Positions 38,383-48,693 of a stretch of DNA of 64,000 bases are shown piece after piece. Numbering within the stretch: the stretch's first letter is position 1; the number at the start of each line of letters is the position of its first letter. The DNA is from Candidatus Yanofskybacteria bacterium RIFCSPHIGHO2_01_FULL_43_32 (GTDB taxonomy: Bacteria; Patescibacteriota; Minisyncoccia; 2-02-FULL-40-12; GWA2-44-9). Location of the stretch: positions 172,514 to 236,513 of the forward strand of contig MGJF01000002.1 of NCBI GenBank assembly GCA_001794125.1, written 5' to 3'. The position numbers were made by a program, and so were the translations under genes. The notes beneath the pieces were generated by a model. The model ran no database searches and had not been told where the DNA came from. It saw only the letters and a list, made by a program, of their open reading frames with translations.

Positions 38383-39108
38383 ATGGAAAACTTTTTTGAA
38401 CAAAGAGCCAAGAAGGTTCTGAAGTATCTGAAAGTTACCGAAAGGTATGATGAAAAACATCGTCCCAGACCCTTCTTTGTTGAATTTACCGGTTCTCCCG
38501 ACTCTGGGAAGACCACAACCATTGATGAACTCTATAAATTCTTCAAGGCCCTCGGATTCAAGACCAGAAGACCGCAGGAAGGCGCTGAGGTCATTCAGAT
38601 TCCAAGAACAACGCCGCTTTACAATATCAGAACCTGCGATTACGCCAGGACGCAGCTGATTGACCAGGCCAATGATCCGGAATGTGATCTGATGATATTT
38701 GATCGTTGTGTTTTCGATGCTTACTGCTGGATGTTGTATTGGCGGGCCAAAAATCTTTTGACCGACGAAGAGGTTGAACTTTATCAGCAATTCTTTTTAT
38801 CCGAATTCTGGGTGAATAAACTCGATGCTGTCTATTTTGTTGTATGCGCCCCGGAAGTTGCGATGAAAAGAAGCAAGGCCGTGTCTTTGACAGATCGTCT
38901 TGGTAATTTTACCAATCCCCAAACTATCAAAGTACTGGTAGATAGATTTCAGCTGGCCTATAATATTTTGTCACCGAGATTTCCTCAGTTGAGAATTATA
39001 GACACTTCAAAAATGGATAAACAGGAGATGGTTGAGTATTTTGCAAATGAGACTTTGGCTGCGATGGAGAAAAAAATCGCCGCCGAAGGAGTGGTTAAAG
39101 CCGTTTAA
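38383..39108 (+). CDS. Thymidylate/nucleotide kinase-like P-loop protein
   Basis: VEFTGSPDSGKTT, IFDR. Confidence 0.75.
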   Translation: MENFFEQRAKKVLKYLKVTERYDEKHRPRPFFVEFTGSPDSGKTTTIDELYKFFKALGFKTRRPQEGAEVIQIPRTTPLYNIRTCDYARTQLIDQANDPECDLMIFDRCVFDAYCWMLYWRAKNLLTDEEVELYQQFFLSEFWVNKLDAVYFVVCAPEVAMKRSKAVSLTDRLGNFTNPQTIKVLVDRFQLAYNILSPRFPQLRIIDTSKMDKQEMVEYFANETLAAMEKKIAAEGVVKAV

Positions 39109-39171
39109 AAACGGCTTTTTAATTGTTATCATACCACTTGGAAGCTCGGCTTCCAAGTTAAATATTCCGCT

Positions 39172-40230
39172 ATGAAGGTGTTAAAAAATAAAAAATTAAA
39201 AAAATTAATATATGTAGCCATGTCGGGAGGTGTTGATTCATCAGTAGCCGCCGCCTTATTGAAAAAGCGGGGTTTTGATGTTGTTGGAGTGTTTATGAAA
39301 CCCTGGAGTCCGACACGCCGTGTCGGACATGTGGATAACTGTATATGGAAAGAAGACAGAAAGGATGCGATGCGGGCGGCTTCGGCATTGGGCATACCGT
39401 TTGAAACTTGGGATTTTTCTAAACAATACAAAAAATCGGTGACTGATTATATGGTTAGAGAATACAAAGCAGGAAGAACACCAAATCCGGATGTGATGTG
39501 TAATAAAGAAATTAAATTCGGATTATTTTTTAAGAGGGCCATAAAAGAAGGCGCCGATTTTATTGCCACGGGCCATTATGTCAGAGTGAAAAAAGGCAGG
39601 CTTTTTGTTGCTAAAGACAAAAACAAAGACCAGTCATATTTTTTATGGACTTTGAAACAAAAACAACTGACGAAGTGTCTTTTTCCGGTCGGGGATTATA
39701 TCAAGCCGGAAGTAAGAAAATTAGCCAAGAAGTTTGGTCTACCCAACCACGGCAAAAAAGACAGCCAAGGGGTTTGTTTTATCGGACCGCTGGATATGAA
39801 GGGCTTTTTACAAACTAAAATTAAAACCAGAACAGGCAAAATTATTCATTTAGACGGCAGGGTCTTGGGAGCCCACGACGGAGTTTATTATTACACAATC
39901 GGTCAAAGGCACGGTTTGGATATAAGTATCGGAAGCGGGCCTTATTATGTTGTTTCCAAAGATATCAAAAAAAACATTATTTATGTCGGAAAAGAAAAAA
40001 ATCTCTACTCTAAAAATCTCAAGATTTCAGATATAAGCTGGATTGGTGAAAAGTTGAAACTACCAGCCCGACTGGATGTCCGTCTGCGCTACCGGGTCGG
40101 CTTAAAAGGGGCTGTTCTTAAAAAAAACGGCGAACTTGAATTAAAAACATCCGAAAGAGCGGTCACCTCCGGCCAATCGGCGGTATTCTATAGAAAAGGA
40201 GAACTTCTTGGCGGAGGAATAATAAAATAA
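39172..40230 (+). CDS. mnmA: tRNA 2-thiouridylase
   Basis: AMSGGVDSS, TPNPDVMCN, ATGHY, KDQSYFL, DSQGVCF, TIGQR. Confidence 0.97.
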   Translation: MKVLKNKKLKKLIYVAMSGGVDSSVAAALLKKRGFDVVGVFMKPWSPTRRVGHVDNCIWKEDRKDAMRAASALGIPFETWDFSKQYKKSVTDYMVREYKAGRTPNPDVMCNKEIKFGLFFKRAIKEGADFIATGHYVRVKKGRLFVAKDKNKDQSYFLWTLKQKQLTKCLFPVGDYIKPEVRKLAKKFGLPNHGKKDSQGVCFIGPLDMKGFLQTKIKTRTGKIIHLDGRVLGAHDGVYYYTIGQRHGLDISIGSGPYYVVSKDIKKNIIYVGKEKNLYSKNLKISDISWIGEKLKLPARLDVRLRYRVGLKGAVLKKNGELELKTSERAVTSGQSAVFYRKGELLGGGIIK

Positions 40231-40248
40231 TTTTAGAAATTAGAATAA

Positions 40249-41790
40249 TTAGGCCAACTGCCTCAACAGAGATTCCCCGGTCATTTCGGCCGGCTTTTCT
40301 ATGCCCATTAGTTCCAAAACCGTGGGGGCGACATCAGCCAAGAGACCCGATGCCTTAGTCATGGATAATTCTATTTCGTCATCCCGTCTCATTCTTTCAA
40401 ATTGTCTGCCGATTAAGTAAAACGGCACAGGATTGTCATTATGCTTGGTCTCGCTTTCCCCGGACGACTTGTATGTCAATGATTCCGCGTTGCCGTGATC
40501 GGCCGTTATCATCATAATTCCGTCCCTTTCCAATATTGCTGATTTTATTTTACCCACAGCTTCATCTATTGCCTGAATTCCTTTTACGGTAGCCTCAAAA
40601 TTTCCAAAATGGGACAAAATGTCCCCGTTGGCAAAATTAATCACAAAAAAATCATACCTGTCTATTTCCGATAAAACCTTTTCTGCGATATCACCCGCTT
40701 TCATTTCCGGATTTTCTGTCGGATTTTTAACGGATTCGGATAAAAAGTCCGTTTCACCGTCGAAGGGCGCGTTTTTAAGGCAGTTAAAGAAATAAGTTAC
40801 ATGGGCGTATTTTTCGGTTTCGGCGATGTGATATTGCTTTCTGCCGTTTTTACTTAATGTTTCAGCAAGGCCGTTTTTTATCTCGGGAATGGGGAACGCC
40901 ACATGAAGATTCGGATTTTCAAGATACTGGGTCAAGGAAGCGACATAAAGATTGTTTAGTTCTTTTTTCTCAAATATATCGAACTCTTTGTCCACAAAGG
41001 CCTCGACAAGCTGTCTCATGCTGTCTTCTCTGAAATTAAAAAATATCAAAGCATCGTTTTCTTTGATTGTTCCGGTATCGTCAATCACTGTGGGAAGAAT
41101 CTTTGAGTCGTTTTGGCCGCTTAAATAATATTCGTCGAGTTTCTTATAAATATCCGGGGCTTTTTCTCCGGCGCCGGCCGCTAAAAGCTCATATGCCGTT
41201 TTGGTTAAATTCCAATTTTTGCCTCTGTCCATGGCAAAATCCCTGCCTATGATTGTTGAAATTTTACCCACGCCAACCTGGGACAGATAATCCTCAACTT
41301 TTTTAATAAGCGCCGGAGCTTCTTTCAGGCCAGAATCCTTTCCGTCGGCAAAAAGGTGGATTTTTAAATTTATAATATTATTTCTCTTAGCCATGTCTAT
41401 CAGCGCAAAAAGATGCCTTAAATACGCATGGACCGAACCTGATGTCAGGAGACCGGCTAAATGAAGAACAGAATTGTTCTCGTGGACATGTCCGATGGTT
41501 TTGGTCAGGACTTCGTTTGAAAAAAAATCTTCATTATCTATCGCTTTGTTTATCCTTGATAAGTATTGAAAGATAACTCTTCCCGCGCCGATTGTAAGGT
41601 GTCCAACCTCGCTGTTTCCTGATTCTCCCCAAGTCATGCCCGCAGCTTTTCCGGAGGCCTGAAGCAACAATGAGGGGTAGTTTTGCTGAATGGAATCAAT
41701 GTTGGGAGTCTTCGCGTTTAAAATGGCATTGCCGAGCTTTTGTTTTGAATATCCCCACCCGTCTAAAACTGCCAGAACAATAGGTTTCAT
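40249..41790 (-). CDS. gpmI: 2,3-bisphosphoglycerate-independent phosphoglycerate mutase
   Basis: LDGWG, GNSEVGH, AETEKYAHVT, TADHGNAE. Confidence 0.96.
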   Translation of the reverse strand: MKPIVLAVLDGWGYSKQKLGNAILNAKTPNIDSIQQNYPSLLLQASGKAAGMTWGESGNSEVGHLTIGAGRVIFQYLSRINKAIDNEDFFSNEVLTKTIGHVHENNSVLHLAGLLTSGSVHAYLRHLFALIDMAKRNNIINLKIHLFADGKDSGLKEAPALIKKVEDYLSQVGVGKISTIIGRDFAMDRGKNWNLTKTAYELLAAGAGEKAPDIYKKLDEYYLSGQNDSKILPTVIDDTGTIKENDALIFFNFREDSMRQLVEAFVDKEFDIFEKKELNNLYVASLTQYLENPNLHVAFPIPEIKNGLAETLSKNGRKQYHIAETEKYAHVTYFFNCLKNAPFDGETDFLSESVKNPTENPEMKAGDIAEKVLSEIDRYDFFVINFANGDILSHFGNFEATVKGIQAIDEAVGKIKSAILERDGIMMITADHGNAESLTYKSSGESETKHNDNPVPFYLIGRQFERMRRDDEIELSMTKASGLLADVAPTVLELMGIEKPAEMTGESLLRQLA

Positions 41791-41807
41791 GTTATACTTA
41801 TTTTAAT

Positions 41808-43040
41808 ATGAGAACGCCGATTTCACAAGAAGAAACAAACGATCGCAAGCACAAAGAAGAGGTCGTTTTACGCGAACAATCGCTGTCTATTTTTCACGAA
41901 CTTGCTAATTCCGTGATTGCTTCAAATGATACGGCCGAGGCTTTAAAAGAGATAGTAAAAATTATCTGCCAGTTCACTGAATGGCAGGTGGGAGAAGTGT
42001 GGATGCCGAGTCCGGACGGCTCGCGGCTCGCGCATATTTTTCAATGGTCGAAATCAGACGGCGAACAATTTTCTAATTTTTTAAAAACAACGCAAAACAT
42101 CACTTTTGCCCAGGGTATCGGTCTGCCCGGAAGAGTATGGAAGAATCAGGCTGTGGAGTGGATAACGGACGTAAAGAAGGAGTCGCCGGAAATATTCCTG
42201 CGGGTTCAAGCCGCGCAAAAAGCAGGACTTTCGGCGGCGGCGGGATTTCCGGTGCTGACCCAAGGAAAAGTTATAGCGGTCATCGTCTTTTTCATGCTAA
42301 AGCCCAGGGAAAAAGACGAGGATACGGTAAACTTTGTCAGTAGCTTAGTACAAAAATTAGAAATCTTTTTTGAAAATAAAAATAAAAATCAATTTCGGGA
42401 GCAGTTCATTTCCGTGCTTGGGCATCAAACCCGCAACCCCTTAACAGCCGTAAGGTGGATGCTGGAGAACCTTCTGGCCAATTCTAATCTTAAGGAAGTG
42501 GAAAAACAGGAATTGAAAAAAGTCTATAAGGAAAACCTGAACCTGATGAAACTGATCAGCGATTTACTGCTCCTTTCACGCGTAGAGAACCCCGTCCCGC
42601 AAACTGAAACGATTGATTTGGGAGAGGAAATAAAAAACGCGATTGAATCAGTCCGAAAAAAACAACCCGATGTTCTTGTCACATTTGAAAATGAAGCCGG
42701 TCCCGCGACGATCAGTACCGTTAAGTCATTGGCGCTCCAAGTGTTTCTCAATATTCTCCATAACGCAGCCGAACACGCGGATAAAGAACAGGGAAAAGTT
42801 GCGGTCAAACTGCAAAGTTCAAAACAAGGCATTCTCTTCTCCTGCTACAATAATGGAAAGCCGATACCGGAAGAAATGAGGCCTCTAATATTCACAAAGG
42901 TCGTCAGCACCGCCGGAGGAGCGGGCCTCGGGTTGTTTATCGTAAAAATGATATCCGATTATTTCGGATGGCAGGTATCGTTTGATACAGGGGAAGGAGG
43001 CACGACATTTTATGTAGCAATACCCCGGCCGGACCGATAA
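41808..43040 (+). CDS. GAF-domain sensor histidine kinase (no cognate regulator in window)
   Basis: GLPGRVW GAF region, H-box GHQTRNPL, N-box NILHNA, GAGLGL. Confidence 0.88.
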   Translation: MRTPISQEETNDRKHKEEVVLREQSLSIFHELANSVIASNDTAEALKEIVKIICQFTEWQVGEVWMPSPDGSRLAHIFQWSKSDGEQFSNFLKTTQNITFAQGIGLPGRVWKNQAVEWITDVKKESPEIFLRVQAAQKAGLSAAAGFPVLTQGKVIAVIVFFMLKPREKDEDTVNFVSSLVQKLEIFFENKNKNQFREQFISVLGHQTRNPLTAVRWMLENLLANSNLKEVEKQELKKVYKENLNLMKLISDLLLLSRVENPVPQTETIDLGEEIKNAIESVRKKQPDVLVTFENEAGPATISTVKSLALQVFLNILHNAAEHADKEQGKVAVKLQSSKQGILFSCYNNGKPIPEEMRPLIFTKVVSTAGGAGLGLFIVKMISDYFGWQVSFDTGEGGTTFYVAIPRPDR

Positions 43041-43179
43041 TTATTGGGCAAGAATATTTGCATAAAATCAAAGTGTTTGATATAATAAAGAAGTACTTTA
43101 TTTAATTTTAATATTTAGTTAAAAATCGTTAGCTTCGCAAACTAAGTTTTACGAGCAATGTACTTAACTTTCAAACAAC

Positions 43180-44712
43180 ATGATTTCAGGATTAAGCCCG
43201 CTAATAGCGGCAATTTCAGCATTACTTCCGGGACTGGTAATAGGTTATCTCGTCAGGCATTTAGTCGCCAGCAGGAAAGTCACTCTCGCTGAATCAAGGG
43301 CGGAGGCGGTACTGGCAGATTCTAAGGCAAAGTCTCAAAACATACTTCTTGAAGCCAAAAACAACGCTTTTAAGATACTTGAGGAGGCGAAAAAAGAAGA
43401 GAAGGAAAGAAATTCCCAGCTTTCAAGAATAGAGAATCTCCTGACCAAAAAAGAGAACGAACTTGAACAAAAAGGAAAGGAGATTTTTTCCGAAAAAGAA
43501 ATTCTCAAACATAAGGCAGTTGAACTGTCGGCTCTTAAGGGCGAACTTGAACAATCAAAAGAAAAACAGTTGAAAGAATTGGAGAGAATCTCCGGATTGG
43601 ACAGAGAAAAAGCCAAAATTGAGCTGGTTGTTAAAACCGAGGAAGAATATAAAGACGATTTATATAAGATGACGAGGAAGCTTGAGCAGGAGAACAGAGA
43701 GGAGCTTGAAAAAAAAGCCCGGGAAATCCTTACAACGGCGATACAAAGATATTCCGCTTCTCACATCGCGGATGCCATGACTACGGTCGTAAGTCTGCCT
43801 TCGGATGAGGTTAAGGGTAAAATTATAGGTAAGGAGGGAAGGAACATTAAGGCAATCGAAAGATTGACCGGAGTAGATATTATTATTGATGACACTCCGG
43901 AAGCTCTCGTCGTATCCGGATTTGATCCGGTCAGGCGCCAGATAGCCAAATTGGCGATTGACAAGCTGATAGCCGACGGAAGGATACATCCGGCTAAAAT
44001 CGAGGAAATGGTTGAAAAGGCCAAGAACGAAATCAATGAAAAAATAAAAGAAGCGGGGGAAGCGGCGCTTTTTGAAACAGGAGTGGGTCCGGTAGACCCG
44101 AAGCTTACATATTTATTGGGCCGCTTAGCTTTCAGAACAAGTTTTGGACAGAATGTTCTACTTCATTCCGTTGAAATGACCCATATTGCCGGAATGCTCG
44201 CATCTGAACTCGGCGCGGATGTTTCTATCGCGAAAAAGGGCGCTTTGTTCCACGACATAGGCAAAGCCGTAGATCACGAAGTCCAGGGAACCCATGTTGA
44301 AATAGGCAGGAAATTGCTTTCAAAATTCGGAGTAGACCCGAAAGCAATTCTTGCAATGGAAGCCCATCATGATGAATATCCTTACGCCATATTGGAAGCC
44401 CGAATAGTCACCGCGGCCGACGCAATTTCGGGAGCAAGGCCGGGAGCCAGAAAAGACACCGTTGAGATATATTTAAAACGTCTTGAAGATTTGGAAAGAA
44501 TTGCCGGTTCGTTTGACGGTGTAGAAAAGTCCTATGCCATCCAGGCCGGAAGAGAATTAAGGATATTTGTTACACCAACTAAAATTGACGATCTGAGCGC
44601 GCTTAAAATGGCAAAGGATATAGCTAAGAAAATAGAGGAGGAGATGAAATATCCTGGAGAAATCAGGGTAAATGTTATTCGGGAAACACGAGCCATAGAA
44701 TACGCCAGATAA
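43180..44712 (+). CDS. rny: Ribonuclease Y
   Basis: TM helix, coiled coil, KH domain KGKIIGKEGRNI, HD domain HDIGK, ARPGAR. Confidence 0.97.
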   Translation: MISGLSPLIAAISALLPGLVIGYLVRHLVASRKVTLAESRAEAVLADSKAKSQNILLEAKNNAFKILEEAKKEEKERNSQLSRIENLLTKKENELEQKGKEIFSEKEILKHKAVELSALKGELEQSKEKQLKELERISGLDREKAKIELVVKTEEEYKDDLYKMTRKLEQENREELEKKAREILTTAIQRYSASHIADAMTTVVSLPSDEVKGKIIGKEGRNIKAIERLTGVDIIIDDTPEALVVSGFDPVRRQIAKLAIDKLIADGRIHPAKIEEMVEKAKNEINEKIKEAGEAALFETGVGPVDPKLTYLLGRLAFRTSFGQNVLLHSVEMTHIAGMLASELGADVSIAKKGALFHDIGKAVDHEVQGTHVEIGRKLLSKFGVDPKAILAMEAHHDEYPYAILEARIVTAADAISGARPGARKDTVEIYLKRLEDLERIAGSFDGVEKSYAIQAGRELRIFVTPTKIDDLSALKMAKDIAKKIEEEMKYPGEIRVNVIRETRAIEYAR

Positions 44713-44838
44713 TGAATAATCAACAAGGAGGCTTGCAAAATTAGCATAAAACCTTGATAATTGAAAAAGCAACAGGTTTAGCGGTTCCAAAAGGGTCGAT
44801 TTGGACCTTTTAAATAAACTAATTAGAATTATAAAAAC

Positions 44839-45117
44839 ATGCCAGTAAAAAAAGCTGAATTAGCAGGAAGATTAGCTGAAAAAATGGGAGTGACCAAGAA
44901 GCAAGGCGTGGAATGGTTAGACGCTTTTGTTGACGAAGTCACCAAGGTCATGAGATCGGGCGACAAGGTTAACATAACCGGATTTGGCATCTTCAAGGTT
45001 TCCGACAGGAAAGCCCGAGAAGGCCGAAATCCAAGAACCGGCGAGTCCATTCACATTGCCGCTTCTAAGAAGCCAAGATTTACCCCAGGTAAATTATTGA
45101 AAGAAGCAATCAAATAG
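44839..45117 (+). CDS. hup: DNA-binding protein HU
   Basis: GFGIF, AREGRNPRTGE, PRFTPGK. Confidence 0.95.
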   Translation: MPVKKAELAGRLAEKMGVTKKQGVEWLDAFVDEVTKVMRSGDKVNITGFGIFKVSDRKAREGRNPRTGESIHIAASKKPRFTPGKLLKEAIK

Positions 45118-45123
45118 TTTTTT

Positions 45124-45169
45124 GAAACATAAAAACAAAAAACCGGTATTTGCCGGTTTTTTGTTTTTA
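45124..45169 (+). terminator. Intrinsic terminator after hup
   Basis: ATAAAAACAAAAAACCGG-TATTTG-CCGGTTTTTTGTTTTTAT. Confidence 0.75.
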
Positions 45170-45211
45170 TTGTATAGATGAGACATAAACGCTCTTTGAC
45201 AAGAGGATACT

Positions 45212-46468
45212 ATGCAAGAATGGGCATTGTGTCTGCCCGGTACGTTTCCAAGATTAGGGCCTCATGCCGGCGCTTTGCATGCTTTTCATGACGCCGCATC
45301 ACAGGGGTTGTTGGAAAAAGAACCCTCTTTTATATCCACCAGTTCGGTTTCATTCATTCCGGCGTCCATATATGTCCAAGGATCAGAAAGGGAACATGTG
45401 GAGTTTGAAGAAAAACTCATCAATCTAAGAAAAAGACATTTTGTGAGCCTGCATCCTGATTTAAAAAAGAGAGCTTTTGTTGACTTCTTGTCTATTGCGG
45501 GATTGTTAATTGCCGCTCACGAAACCGGCAAGATAAAAAACCGGTTAATCAGCCGCATGGCTTTGCTGGCGTTGGGGTTTCCGGCTTATAAAATAGCCGA
45601 AAAAACAGTAAAAGACATTTTTTCCGTTGAATCTTTTCTCGTTTACGACAATCTGAGAGAACTCTTGCTCCAGACCCTGAAATTTGACCTTATCTTTAAA
45701 TCCTCGATAAAAATCGAGGTGCCGGCAGTAAACTTAAACACAGCCGGCTGGACGCTTGACCAGATACTTTCCAATCCGCCTCTTTATTTGAACGGGTGGC
45801 GGAACCGGGGCTGGGTTTCCGTTACTAATTTCCGGCCGGAAGACATTAATTTGGAAGAAGAGGTCAGAAACGCAAGATATGTTGAAGGGGGAATTAACGG
45901 ACTTCGGGTATTCGGTCACTTTGGACCCGGAAAGCATGATGGCAAGGGCCAGATAGTTGACACTGCGGCTTTAAGCAATCTCCCGATCCATTTCGCCGTT
46001 AAGGAAGGCTATTCCAATATAGTGGTTCTCCATTACAATTCCAGAGCGGAAGGACCGCTCGACAGATCGTTTGCAAACTGGGTGGGGTTGCTTAGCCGTT
46101 GTTTTGACATAACAATATCTGAAAATACCAGAAAAACTATTCTTGGCCATTTGAGAGTTAACAACGATCTTGAACAATTAGCCAAGCAAAGGGAGGATTT
46201 GAAAAGAATTGAGGAATTGCTCCATGCTCAAAAGTTAGATGCCGAAACCCAGCAGGCGATAAGCCGGCATATTCAGAATATTAGACAAACCATGCAAAAC
46301 TTGTCCTATGCTCAAAAGAAAATAATCAAGTTCATATTCGTCGGTTCCGATCCGATACCGGATGCGCATTTCAATGATTTTACCAAGGATCAGATGCTGG
46401 AAGGAATAAATAAAGGCTGGAAAGCGGGTTGGGATACGGTTCCTAAAATAAATAAAATGATTGCATAA
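45212..46468 (+). CDS. Divergent patatin-like phospholipase-fold protein
   Basis: ALCLPG..LGPHAGAL, TSSVS at the GxSxG position, DTAALSNLP at the DGG..NxP position. Confidence 0.55.
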   Translation: MQEWALCLPGTFPRLGPHAGALHAFHDAASQGLLEKEPSFISTSSVSFIPASIYVQGSEREHVEFEEKLINLRKRHFVSLHPDLKKRAFVDFLSIAGLLIAAHETGKIKNRLISRMALLALGFPAYKIAEKTVKDIFSVESFLVYDNLRELLLQTLKFDLIFKSSIKIEVPAVNLNTAGWTLDQILSNPPLYLNGWRNRGWVSVTNFRPEDINLEEEVRNARYVEGGINGLRVFGHFGPGKHDGKGQIVDTAALSNLPIHFAVKEGYSNIVVLHYNSRAEGPLDRSFANWVGLLSRCFDITISENTRKTILGHLRVNNDLEQLAKQREDLKRIEELLHAQKLDAETQQAISRHIQNIRQTMQNLSYAQKKIIKFIFVGSDPIPDAHFNDFTKDQMLEGINKGWKAGWDTVPKINKMIA

Positions 46469-46532
46469 TCCCTCATCTCTCCGCGCTCACGCGTGAGCGC
46501 GGAGAGCAAACAAAATCCCCCGATTGGGGGAT

Positions 46533-47429
46533 TTATCTTAATTCATTATCCTTCAGAAAATTTTTGATATCTTTTGAAGAAATGGCGTAAACGAAATTTT
46601 TGGACATCGCGCTGATTATTCCGACGACCTGCCCTTTAGCGTTCATGACCAGCCCTCCGGAATATCCGGGCTCGGCGCCGTCGCGCATCCGGTACATAAG
46701 ACTGATGCCGTTCTTGTTGACCGGCATACCCTCTATTTTAGCCGTAATTTCGGCGGGGAAAGTGAAATTTATCAGGTCAACGTAAATCGAGGTGATATTA
46801 TTATTTTTGTCCGGAAGCTGCGTCAATATCGGCGCATATCCGGAAATAAAAACCTTTTCCCCCAAACTGGCATCGGCAAACTCGAAGGTGCGCATCAGTA
46901 TGCCGAGCGGATTGGGGCTCTTGATGTCTCCTGATATCAAGGCTTGCTCTATTGTCCGGATGCCGACTTTAAGAGCCATCATATCCTTTAAAGTGCCCGC
47001 TTCTCCCGCGGCGGCAAGCGTAAGCGGAAAGTCAATCCAACTGTCACGGGTAATAATGGTCCCCTTGAACGTGTAGGTATAATCAAAACCGGGATTGGTC
47101 TTGATCCTTTCTGCTTTCAGGACATCCATGTCCCGGATGGTCTCCGAGAGTAGGTGTCTGGCAGTTATGATAACCCCGGGCTGGTCGGTGGTAAAACCGG
47201 TGCCGATTCCGGAAATGATTTCGTTATTTGTGCCTTTTTCCGAAAAAATGACACTGATAACGAATTTACGCTTCTGGGCTTCATAAACCTTGTCGGGTAG
47301 CGGCTCCGTGGCGATAATGACCCGTCCAAAACGATACATCTCCTCGGTCCGGTTCCTCATGTCCTGGGCTAATATATCGGAAGGGTGTAAAAGAACAAAA
47401 AGAAGAAGCAGCGCGGTTTTTTGAAACAT
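46533..47429 (-). CDS. Exported trypsin-like serine protease
   Basis: Signal peptide, GTGF..ITARH, D, PGYSGG. Confidence 0.8.
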   Translation of the reverse strand: MFQKTALLLLFVLLHPSDILAQDMRNRTEEMYRFGRVIIATEPLPDKVYEAQKRKFVISVIFSEKGTNNEIISGIGTGFTTDQPGVIITARHLLSETIRDMDVLKAERIKTNPGFDYTYTFKGTIITRDSWIDFPLTLAAAGEAGTLKDMMALKVGIRTIEQALISGDIKSPNPLGILMRTFEFADASLGEKVFISGYAPILTQLPDKNNNITSIYVDLINFTFPAEITAKIEGMPVNKNGISLMYRMRDGAEPGYSGGLVMNAKGQVVGIISAMSKNFVYAISSKDIKNFLKDNELR

Positions 47430-47544
47430 TGACTTACTCTTCTTTGAAAAACTTAAATTTATAATATGAATATTGAGAACGAACGTCAACTGTGATAAAA
47501 TACATGCCAGTGAACCGTAAACAAGTTTCCGATCAGCCTCATTC

Positions 47545-47615
47545 GCGGGTATAGTACAGTGGTAGTACGACTCCCTTCCAAGGAGTAGACACGAGTTCGA
47601 ATCTCGTTACCCGCT
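47545..47615 (+). tRNA. tRNA-Gly(UCC)
   Basis: GCGGGTA...TACCCGC-T, anticodon loop CTTCCAA. Confidence 0.95.
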
Positions 47616-47728
47616 CACTTCTTCGCCCTCGGTGAAGAAGTGCCCTGCGTAGCTCCATAGGAGCGAAGCATGGGCCAGTCATCGAGGATTAACGTTTGGC
47701 TACGAAGTGCAAGCCGTTTGTTTTTTTT

Positions 47729-47971
47729 ATGTATTACGTCTACATCTTAAAAAGTGTCGCTAATCCAAACCAAATCTACATTGGCTCTTCATCTGATATT
47801 GAAAAACGCTTGGAATCTCACAATTCGGGAGCCAATAAACATACGAGCAAGTTTAGGCCTTGGAAGGTTATTTGGTATTGTGCGTTTGCTACACAAGAAA
47901 AAGTTCTCGCTTTTGAACAATACCTAAAGTCTGCTTCGGGGATAGCGTTTCGTAGAAAGAGGCTTGTCTGA
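47729..47971 (+). CDS. Small GIY-YIG nuclease
   Basis: YYVYILKS..IYIG..RLESHN..TSKFRPW..FEQYLKS. Confidence 0.9.
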   Translation: MYYVYILKSVANPNQIYIGSSSDIEKRLESHNSGANKHTSKFRPWKVIWYCAFATQEKVLAFEQYLKSASGIAFRRKRLV

Positions 47972-48135
47972 CCTTGTTTTCCAGAGGTCCGAACCTAAAT
48001 AAAAAACCGTTTTAGACCCTACCGCTATCTTGTGTTTATAGGTAAAGGATAGATTAGGACATCAAACCTTGACATATAATATCTAATAATTTATACACTA
48101 AACAGCAGTCGCTTAATAATTGGGGGGATAAACTA

Positions 48136-48573
48136 ATGCTTCAGGAGTTTTATGTCGTAACTGCTACTTCGGTATATCATGTTGAATATGATAAGAAATT
48201 TAATCAAGCCAAGGCTACAAAGATAGACCTTAGGGGTAAGAGCAAGGTTGATGTTGGTCAGGAATTAACTGGTCCGATGGTATCAGTATGTAAGTGGCTT
48301 CAATTTTACATCCCTGAAGGTGGCAACTTTACCTTTTCCCTTCAAAGAAAGATTGAGATGGTTAATACAAGATATTGGCTTGGTGGAACTTCGGAAATCG
48401 TCGGATTATTTTTAGAGAAACAAGGTGCGCTTGACTGTTTAAACGACCATCAAGATTTAACTTCTTGTGACCGGCGATGGCTTGATGCTACAAAAAAGGT
48501 AATTTGTGCCATCGGTCACGAACATCCTGTTTTTGAAGTCTGTGAATGGGAAGGATTAAGACTTGTCCGCTAA
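48136..48573 (+). CDS. Hypothetical protein
   Basis: TTGACA upstream, G-rich SD, terminator TCTAGCC/GGCTAGA plus T-run. Confidence 0.7.
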   Translation: MLQEFYVVTATSVYHVEYDKKFNQAKATKIDLRGKSKVDVGQELTGPMVSVCKWLQFYIPEGGNFTFSLQRKIEMVNTRYWLGGTSEIVGLFLEKQGALDCLNDHQDLTSCDRRWLDATKKVICAIGHEHPVFEVCEWEGLRLVR

Positions 48574-48693
48574 TCTAGCCATAGGGCTAGATTTTTAATT
48601 GATTTTCGCCCCTTCCAAAGATAGAATTGGTATATAAATAAGTCACCGGTATTCTCCCAATCCCGCTCAAAAATTAAAAACGGCATTTAGCCG

